Shown one piece after another: positions 9,831-19,982 of a stretch of 64,000 nucleotides of DNA. Source of the stretch: an uncultured Bacteroidales bacterium. GTDB taxonomy: Bacteria; Bacteroidota; Bacteroidia; Bacteroidales; GCA-2748055. The notes below the pieces were generated by a model. It saw only the letters and a program-made list of their open reading frames with translations. It did no database searches and had not been told where the DNA came from. Both the position numbers and the translations under genes were made by a program. The stretch spans positions 64,715 through 128,714 of the forward strand of contig CAWELH010000004.1 in the NCBI GenBank assembly GCA_963809925.1, in the 5' to 3' direction. Position 1 is the first letter of the stretch. Every line of letters starts with the position of its first letter.

Positions 9831-10281
9831 GAGGGGATTAGCTCGCTACCGCTCGCTGATCCCTGGGGGAGAGATCCTGCAACCTCAAAAGCCCAAACCC
9901 TTCGCTCACGCTACGGGTTTACGGTCTTTTTTCCTATCCCAAACCTTTTGAAAATGTGATTTTCATGGATATTGGCTTCATAATTTTTAAGAGGGGATTA
10001 GCTCGCTGCCGCTCGCTGATCCCTGGGGGGGAGACCCTGCAACCTCAAAAGCCCAAACCCTTCGCTCACGCTACGGGTTTACGGTCTTTTTTCCTATCCC
10101 AAACCTTTTGAAAATGTGATTTTCAGGGATATTGCTTCGTAATTTAATAGGGGATTAGCTCGCTGCCGCTCGCTGATCCCTGGGGGGGAGACCCTGCAAC
10201 CTCAAAAGCCCAAACCCTTCGCTCACGCTACGGGTTTACGGTCTTTTTTCCTATCCCAAACCTTTTGAAAATGTGATTTTC
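9831..10281. repeat. Three tandem copies of a ~158-160 bp non-coding unit next to tRNA-Ser
   Basis: GAGGGGATTAGCTCGCT...AAAATGTGATTTTCA recurs with starts at 9831, 9991 and about 10149. The copies are near identical. Confidence 0.9.
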
Positions 10282-10304
10282 AAAGGTTTGGGATAGGAAA
10301 AAAG
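10243..10304. other. Long near-perfect hairpin (about 28 bp stem with one bulge, loop TGTGA)
   Basis: CTTTTTTCCTATCCCAAACCTTTTGAAAA tgtga TTTTCAAAGGTTTGGGATAGGAAAAAAG. The left arm is the end of repeat copy 3. Confidence 0.8.
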
Positions 10305-10333
10305 CCCATTTTTTGCTTTGCAAAAAAATGGGC
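10298..10333 (-). terminator. Rho-independent terminator of tRNA-Ser
   Basis: On the minus strand: GCCCATTTTTTTG caaa GCAAAAAATGGGC followed by TTTTTT, starting 12 nt after the tRNA 3' end. Confidence 0.75.
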
Positions 10334-10343
10334 TTTTGAGGTT

Positions 10344-10433
<90 letters not shown>

Positions 10434-10602
10434 AGCAATATTTTTATGGGCTGTAACTAAATTGAATTCTTGTCAGTGTGCAAGGTACGGTTGCTTTTTT
10501 AAAGCTCAGCAAAAATAAACAAACAAATATTATCTGCAAAACAAATAAAACATATCGGGGAATAAATCATCACTAACATCAGGGTCTGACGATACCGGGA
10601 TG

Positions 10603-10649
10603 AAAAAACCCGTCATGAATTGGCCATGGAGCTTCAATTTTTGACGGGC
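10603..10649 (-). terminator. Probable terminator of the clpS-nfeD-floA operon
   Basis: On the minus strand: CCCGTCA...TGACGGG stem followed by TTTTTT, about 25 nt after the floA stop. The loop is large. Confidence 0.5.
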
Positions 10650-10674
10650 TTACCCTACAAGGTATCTTTAGGTT

Positions 10675-11670
10675 TTATTTCTTTTGTCCACCGGGCCCAG
10701 GACCATGTGGTCCTTCATCGGGTTTTGAAAAGCGTTCCCGCATCCCGGTATCAGCCTGAATGTTCTTGAATTTGTAATAATCCATGATGCCGAGGTTTCC
10801 AGTGCGGAAGGCTTCAGCCATTGCCAGCGGAATTTGCACTTCGGCGTCGATAACCTTTGCCCGTGCTTCCTGGGCTTTGGCCTTCATCTCCTGTTCAAGA
10901 GCTACAGCCATGGCACGCCGTTCCTCAGCCCTTGCCTGGGCAATGTTCTTGTCGGCATTGGCCTGATCCATCTGCAGTACGGCACCGATGTTTTTGCCGA
11001 TGTCGATATCGGCGATATCGATGGAGAGAATTTCGAAGGCGGTTCCGGCATCCAGACCTTTCTCAAGTACGACCCGTGATATGGAATCCGGGTTTTCAAG
11101 AACAGCTTTATGACTTGCCGATGAACCGATAGACGATACAATTCCTTCACCAACTCTTGCCAGCACGGTTTCTTCACCGGCACCACCGACAAGTTGTTTG
11201 ATATTGGCCCGCACGGTCACCCTGGCTTTTGCAATTAGCTGAATCCCGTCTTTTGACACGGCTGTTACCGGAGGTGTGTTGATCACCTTCGGGTTCACCG
11301 ACATCTGAACGGCTTCAAATACATCCCGGCCTGCAAGGTCGATAGCAGTGGCCATTTTAAAGGATAGATCGATATTTGCTTTGTTTGCCGAGACAAGGGC
11401 ATGAACTACCCGCTCAACATGACCGCCTGCAAGGTAGTGTGCTTCAAGGCCGTCTCTGTACAAATCGATACCGGCTTTGAGACCCTCGATCATCGCCCGT
11501 ACAATCACTCCCGGGGGAACTTTTCGCCATCTCATGAAAACCAACTGGATAAGAGAGATTTTAACACCGGAGACTAGCGCCTGGAACCACAAGCCGATGG
11601 GTATAAAGTAGAAGATAATCCAAAGGCCGATGATTGAGGCCACAATTATGATAATTAACTGAACTTCCAT
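10675..11670 (-). CDS. floA: Flotillin-like protein FloA (SPFH/UPF0365 family)
   Basis: 331-aa ORF. The N-terminal hairpin membrane anchor and the [14 protein letters not shown]...[10 protein letters not shown] segment are characteristic of FloA/YqfA. Confidence 0.9.
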   Translation of the reverse strand: MEVQLIIIIVASIIGLWIIFYFIPIGLWFQALVSGVKISLIQLVFMRWRKVPPGVIVRAMIEGLKAGIDLYRDGLEAHYLAGGHVERVVHALVSANKANIDLSFKMATAIDLAGRDVFEAVQMSVNPKVINTPPVTAVSKDGIQLIAKARVTVRANIKQLVGGAGEETVLARVGEGIVSSIGSSASHKAVLENPDSISRVVLEKGLDAGTAFEILSIDIADIDIGKNIGAVLQMDQANADKNIAQARAEERRAMAVALEQEMKAKAQEARAKVIDAEVQIPLAMAEAFRTGNLGIMDYYKFKNIQADTGMRERFSKPDEGPHGPGPGGQKK

Positions 11671-11676
11671 ATTTTA

Positions 11677-12141
11677 CTATTTTACGGGTTTAACAATGAC
11701 CTGGGATCCTACCAGTTTTATAACTTCAATAGCTGTTTTCGGTGTGAGATAACCATCGACGGATTTACCCTCGAGGATAATGCCATTTACCTGCACCCTG
11801 CCCATGGGTGCAAGCCTCGTAACGGTTGTGCCCTTATCGCCGGGGTTAATCTTTCCTTCCTCCGGACTTTCATTGGCCTTTCCGTCAATATTAGTAGTCA
11901 GCATAGCCTTTTTCCAGGTTTTCGACCGCAGGGAATAGGCTAGTATGGCAACCGAGACGATCAATGTACCGAGGAGGACGTAGAAACCAATAAGTGGGCC
12001 GAAATTATCATAGGCCAGGTATATACCCGCACCGGTAAGTATCACTCCACCGATTCCTGCAATGGTAATTCCCGGAATAATCAAAAATTCTATGAGAAAA
12101 AGCAGAATTCCGAGCAAAATCAATAAAATTACCCCTGTCAT
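11677..12141 (-). CDS. NfeD family membrane protein, short form (membrane domain plus C-terminal OB-fold, no protease domain)
   Basis: 154 aa: three hydrophobic helices followed by a soluble beta-rich tail. It lies immediately upstream of floA, the usual NfeD-SPFH pairing. Confidence 0.8.
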   Translation of the reverse strand: MTGVILLILLGILLFLIEFLIIPGITIAGIGGVILTGAGIYLAYDNFGPLIGFYVLLGTLIVSVAILAYSLRSKTWKKAMLTTNIDGKANESPEEGKINPGDKGTTVTRLAPMGRVQVNGIILEGKSVDGYLTPKTAIEVIKLVGSQVIVKPVK

Positions 12142-12153
12142 GATGTATTCTGG

Positions 12154-12435
12154 TTAATCAATGCCGGCTTTAAGGCCTTTCTTTATAAGATTCAACTGCA
12201 TATCTTTCAGCTCGTCCCTGTCTCCTTTTTTTACATCACACTGACCTTTATAATGGGTGATGATGGTACACTGCTCTGCCTGCACGCTGGTATGTCCGCA
12301 TACTTCAATAAGACTTTCCATGACGTAATCAAACGTGTTTATCTCATCATTGTATAGTATCAGGAGATGAGCGGATGCATTTTCCTTATTTTTCTTCTCC
12401 CGAATCAGGGGTTTATCCTGTAATCTGCCTGCCAT
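12154..12435 (-). CDS. clpS: ATP-dependent Clp protease adaptor ClpS
   Basis: 93 aa. LILYNDEINTFDYVMESLIEVCGH...AEQCTIITHYKG matches the ClpS core. Confidence 0.9.
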   Translation of the reverse strand: MAGRLQDKPLIREKKNKENASAHLLILYNDEINTFDYVMESLIEVCGHTSVQAEQCTIITHYKGQCDVKKGDRDELKDMQLNLIKKGLKAGID

Positions 12436-12501
12436 TGAAATAAGAATTTTATATCCAAATCAAATTTAATTAAATTAATCAGATAAACCAACGATAATCT
12501 G

Positions 12502-14517
12502 TCATCTGACACTGTCTCTCTTTTCAAGTTCAAGAACACGGCTCACCGGAATTTTCTGTCCGTCGTACCAGCCTACGATAAATGCATCGCTATAGCCCGA
12601 CTGCCGTACCTTTTCAAGCGCCTGCCTGGCATCTTCATAGAATGAAAATTTTCCTGCGTAGAACCTCGTAAGATTTTTTCCCTCAACGGTCTCGGCCGTG
12701 ATGGGTGAAATTCCGCCAAAGGTTTCATATCCGACCCTTGTACTGAAAACACCCAGTTGGATCCGGTAATAGGAACCTTTCGGGATTTCGGTATTCATGG
12801 GAAAGGGATTGGTTGAGGTATACGGTGATTTGTCGAGGATGACAAAACGGTTCAGGGCATTGTCAGGTGTAACCGGTGCTTTTATACGGTCACCGGGTTC
12901 ATCGATCGTATTGAAGGCATCTGGTGAAATTGTTGCCTGCCGGGTTTCCGGTTTTGATTTATTCTCCTCAGCAGGTTTTTGCTTTTCGCCCTTATAAACG
13001 TAAACAGTTATGTCATTGATCACCGTATCTTTTTCGATGGCTGGTGGCAGCGGGTTGGTCTTCTTTCCATTTTCCATCTGTTTAACCTGTGCATAAAGGG
13101 CATCGGCCATTTCCTGATAATCGCCGGCTCCTTTCTCCCATGCGATGATCTTTCGCTGCCAGGCCCAGCGTTCGTTGGGATCAGGCATTTCCCTTACTCT
13201 TATTCTGGCTTCCCTGGCAAGGCGCGACAATGAATCGGCACTGACCTGGTATCCAAGGGCTTTCTTAACATTTTGTTGGTAATCCTCGGGTAGGTTAAGA
13301 TTGTTTTTAGCCACCGGTTTCATAGCCACCGGTGTTTTTGTCTTCTGAGGAACAGCAACATTTATGTCTTCGTTCCTCAGATCAACGATGGCAGAAATCG
13401 ATTCAATGCCGCCAAGTTTACCAATTCTCCGGATCTCTTCCGGTCTGGCGCTGGCCAGTGATTTTTTGGGTTCCATCATCTGAAGAATATAGACGAGCAT
13501 CATGGAATCAAGTCCCTGCCGGTCGGTAATCAGAAGCAGGGTACCGAGATCTGGGCCCGGCATTACAAGGTATTCGTTATCAGGAGAATTCACAGGGAAA
13601 CCCAAAGTTATGGGCTCACTCCAGCTGTCTCTCTCCTGGTCGAAGTGCGATTTGAACACGTCGAAACCGCCCATGCTGTTGTGCCCTTTGGAAGCAAAAT
13701 ACAGGTCATTGCTCACCGGGTCGAAATAGGGCATGATCTCGTCATAGGAGGTATTGACGGCATCGATGGACTCCGGTTCTCCCCAGCCATTTCTGGCCGA
13801 CTTTTTAACACGGAATATTTCAGTGCCTTTCTTTTTGGACCTGCCTTCTCCGGCGAAATATACATATTCACCTTTGGAAAGATTTCTGGGTCTGAAATAA
13901 AAATTTGTGAGATCGCCCTTCTTTTCATTCCTGGTAAACAGTTCGTCCGGTTTGACGCCAAGCCTTCCTCCTTTATTTTTGATCTCCCTCACGTAGTTGG
14001 AATCTGCAAACGTAAACAGGGAAGATTCATAGACTTCAAAAGGATTATACTCAAGTGTAAGTTCCATGGCGTGCCCCGACATCTCCGCCTCGTGAACTGG
14101 CGTGAGCTCCTTTGCACTGCTCTTGTCGGCCGCCCGGGAGTATTTGTTGAACGCACTGATCGATTCGGTGAACTGGTAGTTCTCCCGGTATGCTGTCCCC
14201 AGATAGTAAAACACATCGGGAGGCACCATACTTTTTGCCGAAGCGGATTCGAGATCCTCAATGGCGGCAGGCATGTTCGTGTGCTGCTTCAGAAGACAGA
14301 TGCCGGCGTAATAATGGAATAACCCATCCTTGGGATATCTTTTCAGAAGTTCAGCATAATAAGCATAGGCAGATTTGTAATTACCACTTTCAAAATCACT
14401 GGTTGCCTTGATTTTAAGCTCAGGGGTTTCCCCCTTTATATCCTGTGAAAAGCCGCTGGTAATCGAAAAGAAGAGGAGGATAATGATCATCCATCCGCGG
14501 TGTAAAACTCTAAACAT
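12502..14517 (-). CDS. Secreted TPR / TolB-like beta-propeller / C-terminal SPOR domain protein
   Basis: Signal peptide, then an N-terminal TPR region, PD40-like repeats (YFASKGHNSMGGFDVF) and a C-terminal YYRIQLGVFS... SPOR-like domain. Confidence 0.7.
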   Translation of the reverse strand: MFRVLHRGWMIIILLFFSITSGFSQDIKGETPELKIKATSDFESGNYKSAYAYYAELLKRYPKDGLFHYYAGICLLKQHTNMPAAIEDLESASAKSMVPPDVFYYLGTAYRENYQFTESISAFNKYSRAADKSSAKELTPVHEAEMSGHAMELTLEYNPFEVYESSLFTFADSNYVREIKNKGGRLGVKPDELFTRNEKKGDLTNFYFRPRNLSKGEYVYFAGEGRSKKKGTEIFRVKKSARNGWGEPESIDAVNTSYDEIMPYFDPVSNDLYFASKGHNSMGGFDVFKSHFDQERDSWSEPITLGFPVNSPDNEYLVMPGPDLGTLLLITDRQGLDSMMLVYILQMMEPKKSLASARPEEIRRIGKLGGIESISAIVDLRNEDINVAVPQKTKTPVAMKPVAKNNLNLPEDYQQNVKKALGYQVSADSLSRLAREARIRVREMPDPNERWAWQRKIIAWEKGAGDYQEMADALYAQVKQMENGKKTNPLPPAIEKDTVINDITVYVYKGEKQKPAEENKSKPETRQATISPDAFNTIDEPGDRIKAPVTPDNALNRFVILDKSPYTSTNPFPMNTEIPKGSYYRIQLGVFSTRVGYETFGGISPITAETVEGKNLTRFYAGKFSFYEDARQALEKVRQSGYSDAFIVGWYDGQKIPVSRVLELEKRDSVR

Positions 14518-14671
14518 ATTGACTCCTTCCTTGTTTTATCATGTTGACATTTTCGCATATGTGCGGCTAAAAATAACAATTAAAATACTTCAATGATTGT
14601 TGATAAACATTGAAGTTACTAACTAATTTTTTAATGTCTAATTTGTACTTTTACACCTAAGATTTACCATC

Positions 14672-15136
14672 ATGGCATTATTGAAAACCGGGGATAAAGC
14701 TCCTGATTTTGAGGCTAAAGATCAGAATGGGAAGATCATCAGCCTACATCAGTTCAGGGGTAAAAGTGTTGTTCTTTATTTTTATCCCAGGGATAATACT
14801 TCCGGTTGTACCGCAGAAGCCTGTAACCTGAGGGACAATCACCAGGAATTTCTGGACCGGGGATTTGTTGTCATCGGTGTTAGTGCTGACAGTGAGAAAT
14901 CACATCAGAATTTCATCGGTAAATATGACCTGCCCTTCATTTTGATCTCCGATCCAAACAAGGTGGTCATCAAAAAATATGGAGCCTGGGGGGAAAAATC
15001 CATGTATGGTAAAAAATATGAAGGTATCATCAGGATGACATTCATCATCTCAAAAGACGGTTTCATCAAAAAAATCATTGAGAAAGTCAAAACCAGTGAC
15101 CATAGCAGGCAGATTTTTGAGACGTTATCCAATTAA
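14672..15136 (+). CDS. bcp: Thioredoxin-dependent peroxiredoxin Bcp
   Basis: 154 aa. FYPRDNTSGCTAEAC contains the peroxidatic Cys motif of the AhpC/TSA family. Confidence 0.9.
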   Translation: MALLKTGDKAPDFEAKDQNGKIISLHQFRGKSVVLYFYPRDNTSGCTAEACNLRDNHQEFLDRGFVVIGVSADSEKSHQNFIGKYDLPFILISDPNKVVIKKYGAWGEKSMYGKKYEGIIRMTFIISKDGFIKKIIEKVKTSDHSRQIFETLSN

Positions 15137-15151
15137 TAAGAAAAACAGATT

Positions 15152-16177
15152 ATGACCAAGGAAAAAAACGAAACTACCAACATCGACAAAGAAAAATTGA
15201 AAGCATTGCAGCTCACCCTTGATAAGATTGAGAAGGGCTTTGGAAAAGGAGCGATCATGAAAATGGGAGGAACTGCAATTGAAAATGTACCGGTCATTTC
15301 ATCAGGGTCTATTGGCCTTGATGTTGCCATGGGTATCGGGGGATATCCGAGGGGACGCGTAGTAGAGATCTACGGCCCTGAGTCCTCCGGTAAAACGACA
15401 CTTGCTATACATGCGATTGCAGAAGCACAAAAGGCTGGCGGCATCGCTGCATTTATCGATGCGGAACATGCATTCGACAGGTTCTATGCCCAGAAACTGG
15501 GCGTCGACATCGAAAACTTGCTGATCTCCCAGCCAGATAATGGGGAGCAGGCCCTCGAAATCACAGATCATCTGATCCGCTCCGGCGCCATCGACATCGT
15601 TGTGATTGACTCCGTGGCAGCTCTCACACCAAAGGCTGAAATTGAAGGTGAGATGGGAGACTCAAAAATGGGACTCCAGGCCAGACTCATGTCGCAGGCG
15701 CTTAGGAAACTTACAGCCAATATTAACCGCACCAACACCTGCTGCATGTTTATAAACCAGTTGCGTGAAAAGATTGGAGTGATGTTCGGAAACCCGGAAA
15801 CCACTACCGGTGGGAATGCCCTGAAATTCTATGCATCCATGCGCCTTGATATACGACGGACCGGTCAGATTAAAGAGGGAGAAGAGATCCAGGGGAACCG
15901 TGCAAAGGTCAAAATCGTCAAGAACAAACTGGCACCTCCATTCAGGAAGGCCGAATTCGATATCATCTACGGGGAAGGTATCTCAAAAACCGGTGAGCTC
16001 ATCGATCTCGGTGTCGAACTCAATATTGTTAAAAAAGCCGGATCATGGTTCAGCTACGGTGATACAAAACTAGGGCAGGGCCGCGATGCAGTAAAATCTC
16101 TTCTGGCTGACAATCCAGAACTGGGAGATGAAATTGAGGGAAAAATCAGGGAAGAACTCAAAAAGAAACCCGTCTGA
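15152..16177 (+). CDS. recA: Recombinase RecA
   Basis: 341 aa with Walker [10 protein letters not shown]. The sequence is RecA-like over its full length. Confidence 0.98.
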   Translation: MTKEKNETTNIDKEKLKALQLTLDKIEKGFGKGAIMKMGGTAIENVPVISSGSIGLDVAMGIGGYPRGRVVEIYGPESSGKTTLAIHAIAEAQKAGGIAAFIDAEHAFDRFYAQKLGVDIENLLISQPDNGEQALEITDHLIRSGAIDIVVIDSVAALTPKAEIEGEMGDSKMGLQARLMSQALRKLTANINRTNTCCMFINQLREKIGVMFGNPETTTGGNALKFYASMRLDIRRTGQIKEGEEIQGNRAKVKIVKNKLAPPFRKAEFDIIYGEGISKTGELIDLGVELNIVKKAGSWFSYGDTKLGQGRDAVKSLLADNPELGDEIEGKIREELKKKPV

Positions 16178-16211
16178 TCCGTACAGAAAAATTTTATTCT
16201 AGTTTGGACAT

Positions 16212-16253
16212 CTGGTTGTACAGATTTAACATCTTACAACCAGTTTTTATTTT
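16212..16253 (+). terminator. recA rho-independent terminator
   Basis: CTGGTTGTA...TACAACCAG followed by TTTTTATTTT. Confidence 0.8.
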
Positions 16254-16468
16254 GATCCGTACGGATCATTTAAATTAAACCTTTGAATCCTTTTTTAATC
16301 CTCTTAAAAAATTATTCTGTTTACCGGCATTTCGACTGTTTTCACCAGTTCGGAGATCACCACGGTCAGGCTAATACCGAAGGTATTGTGAAAATTTGGT
16401 CGGATCAGCGATGACCAACGCTCACTCCCTGGTTCAACAAATACGTAAAATAATAGTAAGAACTGATT

Positions 16469-16505
16469 TCGGATTGCGGATCTTGATTCAGGATCCGCAA
16501 TCCGA
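16469..16505. terminator. 14-bp perfect hairpin between convergent genes (possible bidirectional terminator)
   Basis: TCGGATTGCGGATC ttgattca (G)GATCCGCAATCCGA followed by ATTTT on the + strand. Confidence 0.55.
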
Positions 16506-16529
16506 ATTTTCAGTTAAATTTGAAGTTGC

Positions 16530-17015
16530 CTAGTCCTCTTTATCCTCTTTTTGTTCCACGGTCATATCACCAAGCAGCTTCCAGCTTCCACCGTCCTTAA
16601 CATAAAATTCGGTGTACTTCCCTTTGTGATGGTGCTCGGTCGTTTTGTCTCCGTCTTTCCATGTGGAATATACTGAGAAATAATAATGGACGACAGCAGC
16701 GTTGTCAGTGACAGCAATTCTGGCCGGACTGATGGTGTAATACTTAATATCCATCATATCTTTACTGGCATTAAATGACTTCTCTACTTCGGTTTTCCCC
16801 ATGGGTAAAGGATCTTCAGAATTCCACCCCTGATAGCTTTCATGGAAGTAATTCATTGTCGATGGGTCTTTTTTCTTCCAGTTTGCCCAGCTATCTTCAA
16901 CGACCTTCCACACTTCTTTTTGCGCTTTGGTCCATTCCTGAGCCTGTACATTGCCTGTAAATAGGAAAGCCAGCATTGCGCTTGCAGCGAATGCCATTCT
17001 AAGTTGTCTTTTCAT
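16530..17015 (-). CDS. Secreted NTF2-like (SnoaL/DUF4440-like) protein
   Basis: 161 aa with a signal peptide. The size and W/Y-rich pattern suggest an NTF2 fold. The assignment is weak. Confidence 0.5.
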   Translation of the reverse strand: MKRQLRMAFAASAMLAFLFTGNVQAQEWTKAQKEVWKVVEDSWANWKKKDPSTMNYFHESYQGWNSEDPLPMGKTEVEKSFNASKDMMDIKYYTISPARIAVTDNAAVVHYYFSVYSTWKDGDKTTEHHHKGKYTEFYVKDGGSWKLLGDMTVEQKEDKED

Positions 17016-17445
17016 GATAATTTGAATTTTTGAAGTTTATATAAATGAAAGGATGATTTCATGTAAATCCCCATAGAATGGAAGTGTATTTTTTGAGAAA
17101 AGATCATACCTCTTTAAGAAAGTGTAACCATAATAACATCAGCAAGTTAATTTGGTTAAGAATCAGGTTTATTTTTTTCGGAGCTTCCAATATACGTCTC
17201 CATAAAAAGGGTATCGAAGGATTTAGTTATTATGATAAATTACAGACTATCAGCACGATATAAAATTATAGGGAGTATAATTGTATGTTAAAAAACACTT
17301 TTGGAGCTGTAAAACATTAAGTTGTCAGAATTGAGTTAAATGTGAAGACCGATCTATACATCAAGCGTGAATCTGGCAGATTCATACTAAGTATTTGTAT
17401 ATTAATGCAAAAGTTATAATTTTGGCTGTGGCAATATTCCGGTAA

Positions 17446-17862
17446 ATGAATGGATTTCTGAATTTCCTTTTGCATTTTATCTTTATAGGTACTTTTCTGT
17501 TCCTGTACGTTGTTTCGATCATCATATTACGTCCTTTTCGGATTCACAGGAAGAGACCGGCATCTACCATTGCGCTGAAAATGAGCTACCTCCTCTACCT
17601 TGCTATTTTCCTCGTCCTTTCGTACCTGGTACTTTTTCACTCAGGCGTACCACCTGAATCTGAAGATCCGGGAACGCCCGGATATCTTAATATTTATTAT
17701 GCGATTGTAATATTTGCATTTTTTGTACCGAATATAGGCATCATGATCAGGCGCCGCATCAGGCGGTTCAGAAAACAATATAACGTCCTGTTCATGGTGA
17801 TCAATCTTGTGATCACCATCTCGCTGTCATATATCATCTATTCTATGTCGTGGGAATTCTGA
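17446..17862 (+). CDS. Hypothetical membrane protein (4 predicted TM helices)
   Basis: 138-aa hydrophobic ORF. I recognise no family. Confidence 0.5.
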   Translation: MNGFLNFLLHFIFIGTFLFLYVVSIIILRPFRIHRKRPASTIALKMSYLLYLAIFLVLSYLVLFHSGVPPESEDPGTPGYLNIYYAIVIFAFFVPNIGIMIRRRIRRFRKQYNVLFMVINLVITISLSYIIYSMSWEF

Positions 17863-17865
17863 TAC

Positions 17866-18801
17866 TCAGCCCCTGATTCCAAGAACATCCATACTTACCT
17901 TAATTTTTTCTTCCATAGGCATGGATCCTTCGAGCCAGTGGATATTAAATCCTTCGCGTTCCATCTTCCTAAACCAGGTCATTTGCCTTTTCGCAAACCT
18001 GTGGATCGCCGAATTAAGGGATGAAAACATCTCATCATAACTGATCTTTCCGGTGACATAACAGGTAAGATATTTGTATTCAAGACCGTAAAATTCCAAT
18101 TTTTCAGGGGGTATTCCGGAAGCGAGAAGAGATTCTACCTCGCCGGTCATACCCTTTTTCAGACGTTCTTCAAGTCGTTTGGTGATCCTCTCCCTTCGTT
18201 CCTCCCGGTCAAACCGGATACCAAAAATGACAGGATGAAGCTCAGGATATGAAATTACTTCATCCTCATGGTCCCTATAGTACGATTCAATCTCAATGGC
18301 ACGGATCAACCTTTTTCGGTTGACCGTATCGGTGGTATTATGCAAGTCCCTGAAAGAAGACAACCACTCTTTGAGCTCATCATTCGTTTTTTTTTGCATC
18401 TCAAATCTTAGTTCATCGCTTACCGGTACGTTGATGAGCTGATAGCCCCGGAGGACTGATTCCAGGTAAAGGCCGGTTCCGCCGCACAGCACAGGCATCT
18501 TATTGTGAAAGGTGATCTCATGGAATAATGTTCTGAAATCACGACTGAATTCATAAACATTGTACTCGTAACCCGGATCTGCAATGTCGATCAGGTGAAA
18601 CGGAACCTGTTGCCCGTCTACGGTATAATCATCAAAATCTTTTCCGGTACCGATGTCCATGCCCCTGTATACCTGCCTTGAATCAGCTGAAATGATTTCG
18701 CCACCGATACGGGCTGCCAGGTGCGCTGCAAAGGAAGTCTTTCCAGCTGCGGTATGGCCGAGAATGGTAATGAGGTTTGGAATGGACTTTTTTTCCGGCA
18801 T
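17866..18801 (-). CDS. miaA: tRNA dimethylallyltransferase MiaA
   Basis: 311 aa. P-loop GHTAAGKTS, then DSRQVYRGMDIGT. Confidence 0.95.
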   Translation of the reverse strand: MPEKKSIPNLITILGHTAAGKTSFAAHLAARIGGEIISADSRQVYRGMDIGTGKDFDDYTVDGQQVPFHLIDIADPGYEYNVYEFSRDFRTLFHEITFHNKMPVLCGGTGLYLESVLRGYQLINVPVSDELRFEMQKKTNDELKEWLSSFRDLHNTTDTVNRKRLIRAIEIESYYRDHEDEVISYPELHPVIFGIRFDREERRERITKRLEERLKKGMTGEVESLLASGIPPEKLEFYGLEYKYLTCYVTGKISYDEMFSSLNSAIHRFAKRQMTWFRKMEREGFNIHWLEGSMPMEEKIKVSMDVLGIRG

Positions 18802-18872
18802 GTCTTGCCTGCTTTTTATTACAGAGGTTAGTTTTTCTCAAAATTATCTTAATTTTGCTGAATAAGCTATTT

Positions 18873-19469
18873 ATGGATATCAGAAACATTTTCTTACGTA
18901 CCAGGACCCTGATTATACATCCGCAACAAGCGTGGCAGGAAATCACATTTGAGAACGGGAGTAAACGGGATGCCATTTCCGAATACCTTCTTCCGATGGC
19001 TGTGGTTGTTGGGTTAAGCTCTATGGTGGGATCACTGTTATTTGCGGATATTGAAGATTCCATCTCCATCGGCTATGTATTTGTAAACGGTCTGATCTCC
19101 TCCCTGATCGTTTTTCTCGAAGTCTTCCTTGCCGGATGGATTATCACAGAAATGACGGAAAGTTTTGACCCCGAAGTGGATTCGAATACCATTTTCAACC
19201 TGGTGATTTATTCCCATGCGCCTTTTTTTATTGCTCTGGCGATCACACGGCTATTCCCCCAGCTCATGTTCCTGATGATAACCGGTATTTACTCCTTCTT
19301 CGTTTTCTGGCTGGGAACTTCCCACCTGTTGAAAATTGATAAGGACAAGAAGATCATTTTTCTGTTTTTATCTTCTCTGATCATGATCCTGCTCTTCCTG
19401 CTGCTTTCTGTTATCTTCAACAGCATGTACAGCTTACTTCTCAATCAGTTTTCTACGGTCGGGAACTGA
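18873..19469 (+). CDS. Yip1-family membrane protein
   Basis: The start at ATG 18873 (MDIRNIF...) avoids overlap with the miaA start. It has five hydrophobic segments, as in Yip1/DUF1282-type proteins. Confidence 0.65.
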   Translation: MDIRNIFLRTRTLIIHPQQAWQEITFENGSKRDAISEYLLPMAVVVGLSSMVGSLLFADIEDSISIGYVFVNGLISSLIVFLEVFLAGWIITEMTESFDPEVDSNTIFNLVIYSHAPFFIALAITRLFPQLMFLMITGIYSFFVFWLGTSHLLKIDKDKKIIFLFLSSLIMILLFLLLSVIFNSMYSLLLNQFSTVGN

Positions 19470-19487
19470 ATTAACGGATTTTAAATT

Positions 19488-19940
19488 ATGGCGAACAGGT
19501 TAAATATAAAGAACAAGAGGGCCTATTTCGATTTTGAGATTATTGAAAAATATACCGCCGGAATGGTCCTCACCGGTTCGGAGATCAAATCGGTACGGTC
19601 AGGGAAGGTGAGCCTTGCCGATTCATATTGCTATATAAGAGACGGTGAGGTGTTTGTGAAAAACCTGAATATTGCTGAATATAAATTTGCCGGTCACTAT
19701 AATCATGATCCGGAGCGGGACAAGAAGCTGCTGCTGCAGAAATCTGAGATCAGGAAGCTGGTGAGAAAAACCAGGGAGACCGGACTGACACTGATTGCCC
19801 TGCGGATCTTCATCTCCGAAAAGGGATATGCTAAGATAGATATTGCACTTGCGAAGGGTAAAAAACAATACGATAAGCGCGAATCCATCAAGCAAAAAGA
19901 CAATAAGCGTCAACTCGACAGGATGCAGAAACATCATTAG
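19488..19940 (+). CDS. smpB: SsrA-binding protein SmpB
   Basis: 150 aa. KRAYFDFEI...GSEIKS...LLLQKSEI matches SmpB. Confidence 0.95.
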   Translation: MANRLNIKNKRAYFDFEIIEKYTAGMVLTGSEIKSVRSGKVSLADSYCYIRDGEVFVKNLNIAEYKFAGHYNHDPERDKKLLLQKSEIRKLVRKTRETGLTLIALRIFISEKGYAKIDIALAKGKKQYDKRESIKQKDNKRQLDRMQKHH

Positions 19941-19982
19941 CCTGATTTTCTGCCGGCATGAAATCAATTTCGGTGGGGAGGG

